A stretch of 64,000 nt of DNA from Eledone cirrhosa. Lineage: Eukaryota. The position numbers and the translations under genes are program-made. The notes beneath the pieces are model-generated. The model saw nothing but the letters and a program-made list of their open reading frames with translations, was not told the origin of the DNA and searched no databases. The stretch spans positions 14,942,001 to 15,006,000 of the forward strand of contig OZ024751.1 in the NCBI GenBank assembly GCA_964016885.1, in the 5' to 3' direction. Shown one piece after another: positions 59,176-64,000 of the stretch (the first letter of the stretch is position 1; each line of letters starts with the position of its first letter).

Positions 59176-59613
59176 CATGCTACTGTACGTCTGTATACAT
59201 ATATGTATGTACGTATACATGCATACTTACATTTAAGTAAGTGCCATACTAAGAGTGAGAAATGAAATTTCGTTTTCATTTTGTTTCAATTTATCGTTTT
59301 CGGTATGCCTAACCGATTTAACTCACTCAATATGCAAATTAGGCTGCTCAGCCGTTAATTTTCATAAGGAAAGTATATACTTTCGAACGTTCAACTATCT
59401 GGCAGATGGGTAAACGGTGCTGATGATAGCTAACAAGCTTGAAACTAGTACATCGTTCCTGTGTCAGTGTTGAACAAAAAGGTGACGTGGTTGCCTTAAC
59501 ACCGTATGGCATAAATTCAGGCTGTTCAGTTTGTTTACAAACGAACAAAGCGACGTTAGCGCCGCTAAACTGATACGTGCATGTATGTATGTGTACCTGT
59601 ATGCATATGTATA

Positions 59614-59657
<44 letters not shown>

Positions 59658-60095
59658 CATGCTACTGTACGTCTGTATACATATATGTATGTACGTATAC
59701 ATGCATACTTACATTTAAGTAAGTGCCATACTAAGAGTGAGAAATGAAATTTCGTTTTCATTTTGTTTCAATTTATCGTTTTCGGTATGCCTAACCGATT
59801 TAACTCACTCAATATGCAAATTAGGCTGCTCAGCCGTTAATTTTCATAAGGAAAGTATATACTTTCGAACGTTCAACTATCTGGCAGATGGGTAAACGGT
59901 GCTGATGATAGCTAACAAGCTTGAAACTAGTACATCGTTCCTGTGTCAGTGTTGAACAAAAAGGTGACGTGGTTGCCTTAACACCGTATGGCATAAATTC
60001 AGGCTGTTCAGTTTGTTTACAAACGAACAAAGCGACGTTAGCGCCGCTAAACTGATACGTGCATGTATGTATGTGTACCTGTATGCATATGTATA

Positions 60096-60139
<44 letters not shown>

Positions 60140-60577
60140 CATGCTACTGTACGTCTGTATACATATATGTATGTACGTATACATGCATACTTACATTTAA
60201 GTAAGTGCCATACTAAGAGTGAGAAATGAAATTTCGTTTTCATTTTGTTTCAATTTATCGTTTTCGGTATGCCTAACCGATTTAACTCACTCAATATGCA
60301 AATTAGGCTGCTCAGCCGTTAATTTTCATAAGGAAAGTATATACTTTCGAACGTTCAACTATCTGGCAGATGGGTAAACGGTGCTGATGATAGCTAACAA
60401 GCTTGAAACTAGTACATCGTTCCTGTGTCAGTGTTGAACAAAAAGGTGACGTGGTTGCCTTAACACCGTATGGCATAAATTCAGGCTGTTCAGTTTGTTT
60501 ACAAACGAACAAAGCGACGTTAGCGCCGCTAAACTGATACGTGCATGTATGTATGTGTACCTGTATGCATATGTATA

Positions 60578-60631
<54 letters not shown>

Positions 60632-61069
60632 CATGCTACTGTACGTCTGTATACATATATGTATGTACGTATACATGCATACTTACATTTAAGTAAGTGC
60701 CATACTAAGAGTGAGAAATGAAATTTCGTTTTCATTTTGTTTCAATTTATCGTTTTCGGTATGCCTAACCGATTTAACTCACTCAATATGCAAATTAGGC
60801 TGCTCAGCCGTTAATTTTCATAAGGAAAGTATATACTTTCGAACGTTCAACTATCTGGCAGATGGGTAAACGGTGCTGATGATAGCTAACAAGCTTGAAA
60901 CTAGTACATCGTTCCTGTGTCAGTGTTGAACAAAAAGGTGACGTGGTTGCCTTAACACCGTATGGCATAAATTCAGGCTGTTCAGTTTGTTTACAAACGA
61001 ACAAAGCGACGTTAGCGCCGCTAAACTGATACGTGCATGTATGTATGTGTACCTGTATGCATATGTATA

Positions 61070-61121
<52 letters not shown>

Positions 61122-61559
61122 CATGCTACTGTACGTCTGTATACATATATGTATGTACGTATACATGCATACTTACATTTAAGTAAGTGCCATACTAAGA
61201 GTGAGAAATGAAATTTCGTTTTCATTTTGTTTCAATTTATCGTTTTCGGTATGCCTAACCGATTTAACTCACTCAATATGCAAATTAGGCTGCTCAGCCG
61301 TTAATTTTCATAAGGAAAGTATATACTTTCGAACGTTCAACTATCTGGCAGATGGGTAAACGGTGCTGATGATAGCTAACAAGCTTGAAACTAGTACATC
61401 GTTCCTGTGTCAGTGTTGAACAAAAAGGTGACGTGGTTGCCTTAACACCGTATGGCATAAATTCAGGCTGTTCAGTTTGTTTACAAACGAACAAAGCGAC
61501 GTTAGCGCCGCTAAACTGATACGTGCATGTATGTATGTGTACCTGTATGCATATGTATA

Positions 61560-61609
<50 letters not shown>

Positions 61610-61722
61610 CATGCTACTGTACGTCTGTATACATATATGTATGTACGTATACATGCATACTTACATTTAAGTAAGTGCCATACTAAGAGTGAGAAATGAA
61701 ATTTCGTTTTCATTTTGTTTCA

Positions 61723-61933
<211 letters not shown>

Positions 61934-61999
61934 CATATATATATACATATATATATACATATATATATATACATATATATATATATACATATATATAAG

Positions 62000-62870
62000 G
62001 GGAGTTAATGCATGAGAAGTTAAGGTCTATTTTGAGACACATTTCAATAATTAGTAATGGAAACCTCGGAGTTACCTCCCCTCATGCATTAACTCCTTTT
62101 AGCCACACACACTTCCGGGTAGTATTTCAATGTCGATTCTCGAAACGTAACATCCTTCTGTATTGAACTAATGAACATCAGACTAGGATTCTCTAACTGG
62201 ATTGTCAAACGCTCAATATCGAATTGTCGTGGATTATGTGAGTGGCATATAATCTGAAAAATAAACTCCCCAGACTATGATAATGCCGAAGTACATGAAA
62301 TCCATATCATCCCTTCACTGTGCATTTCCAATATTTTTAATATTCTTAATGCTTGCACTATTTTTAATGCTTATATTATTTCTCTATACACAGACTATAA
62401 CAATCATATAAAGAATTTGCCACTTGATCAACCAACCTAACACTCTTGTTTACCTACTTAAGTGCTTCTACTACACGTAACTCTCTGCCACACTATATAA
62501 ACAAGACGCACGTGCTTGCCACACATATAACACTTGCACTATATAACCGCTTATTTTCATGTTGTATTTTAACCTATATTTTTGATTGTATCTTTTAATA
62601 TGAATGTAATCTCTAAATGTGTACTGCCACACTAAATGCTGTAATGAATATTGAGCCGCAATATTTGCATATGTATCTGTATGTCTCTTGGGTGAAAAGC
62701 AGGTCATATAAGTGTTCATTCAATAATAAATTGCTCCGAAGACTCCAAACCTCGGTTTGGAGGAAACAGTTGTAAGCATGAAAATGTTTTGAACAGTTCT
62801 TTGATTCTTATATTTCATATAACTGCTCTGTAAATCATCTGATGTTTTTACATTGAGCTACTTAACTTAC
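62000..62870 (+). mobile_element. Probable decayed PLE 3' end/pLTR
   Basis: 5' fold-back (62001-62016 / 62081-62096), weak GIY-YIG-like remnant, distal HHR, flanked by (TA)n. Confidence 0.45.
62732..62778 (+). ncRNA. Type I hammerhead, C4 variant
   Basis: TGCT CCGAAGA CTCCAAACC-TC-GGTTTGGAG GAAAC AGTT GTA AGCA. Confidence 0.7.
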
Positions 62871-62994
62871 TGGTAATAAGGTAGTAATATATTACTGCCT
62901 ACCACTATTTAGGGTTTATATAAAAATATATATAACTGCAAAAGGTTTTTGTATTTACATAACCATAAATAGTATAATTAATACTAATTAATAC

Positions 62995-63155
62995 TATATA
63001 TACATATATACATATATATATATATATACATATATATATACATATATATATACATATATATATATACATATATATATACATATATATATACATATATATA
63101 TACATATATATATATACATCTATATATATACATATATATATACATATATATATAC

Positions 63156-63192
<37 letters not shown>

Positions 63193-63753
63193 CATCTATA
63201 TATATACATCTATATATATACATCTATATATATACATCTATATATATACATATATATATATACATATATATATACATATATATATATAAATATATATATA
63301 TACATATATATATACATATATATATATACATATATATATACATATATATATACATATATATATATACATATATATATACATATATATATACATATATATA
63401 TACATATATATATACATATATATATATACATATATATATACATATATATATACATATATATATATACATATATACATATACATATATACATATATATATA
63501 TATACATATATATATACATATATATATACATATATATATATACATATATATATATACATATATATATATACATATATACATATATATATATACATATATA
63601 TATATACATATATATATATACATATATACATATATATATATACATATATATATATACATATATATATATACATATATATATATACATATATATATACATA
63701 TATATATATACATATATATATATATACATATATATATACATATATATATATAC

Positions 63754-63784
<31 letters not shown>

Positions 63785-64000
63785 CATATATATATATACA
63801 TATATATATATATACAGATATATATATATACATATATATATATACATATATATATATATACATATATATATATACATATATATATATACATATATATACA
63901 TATATATATATACATATATATATATACATATATATATATACATATATATATATACATATATATATACATATATATACATATATATATATACATATATATA
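62995..64000. repeat. (TA)n/(CA) microsatellite
   Basis: Nearly pure repeat to the window end. Confidence 0.95.

Overview
This is a eukaryotic, extremely (TA)n/(CA)n-rich window with no intact protein-coding gene; almost all listed ORFs are microsatellite translations. The SINE families and repeat landscape look like an octopus or other cephalopod genome (inference). It holds several decayed Penelope-like elements (PLEs: RT plus C-terminal GIY-YIG, Naiad-like), fragments of CRE, RTE, Tx1/L1 and CR1-group LINEs, maT/Tc1, hAT and piggyBac-type DNA transposon remnants, and many tRNA-derived SINEs. The main signal is RNA-level. An 8.4-kb array (53366-61727) contains 17 near-identical ~482-bp non-coding units, each with a complete minimal type I hammerhead ribozyme (HHR) and an upstream octamer motif, i.e. 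a non-LTR retrozyme-like element. The array is arranged as two head-to-head arms (7 + 10 units) whose 3' ends run into (TA)n, and two older dispersed copies are present. About a dozen further type I HHR motifs from other families occur in the window. Many show unusual, recurrent features: very long stem II (up to ~116 nt), U.U closing of stem II, U3-A8 or C4 core variants, and palindromic stem III. All ribozyme calls are by eye; no activity has been shown.
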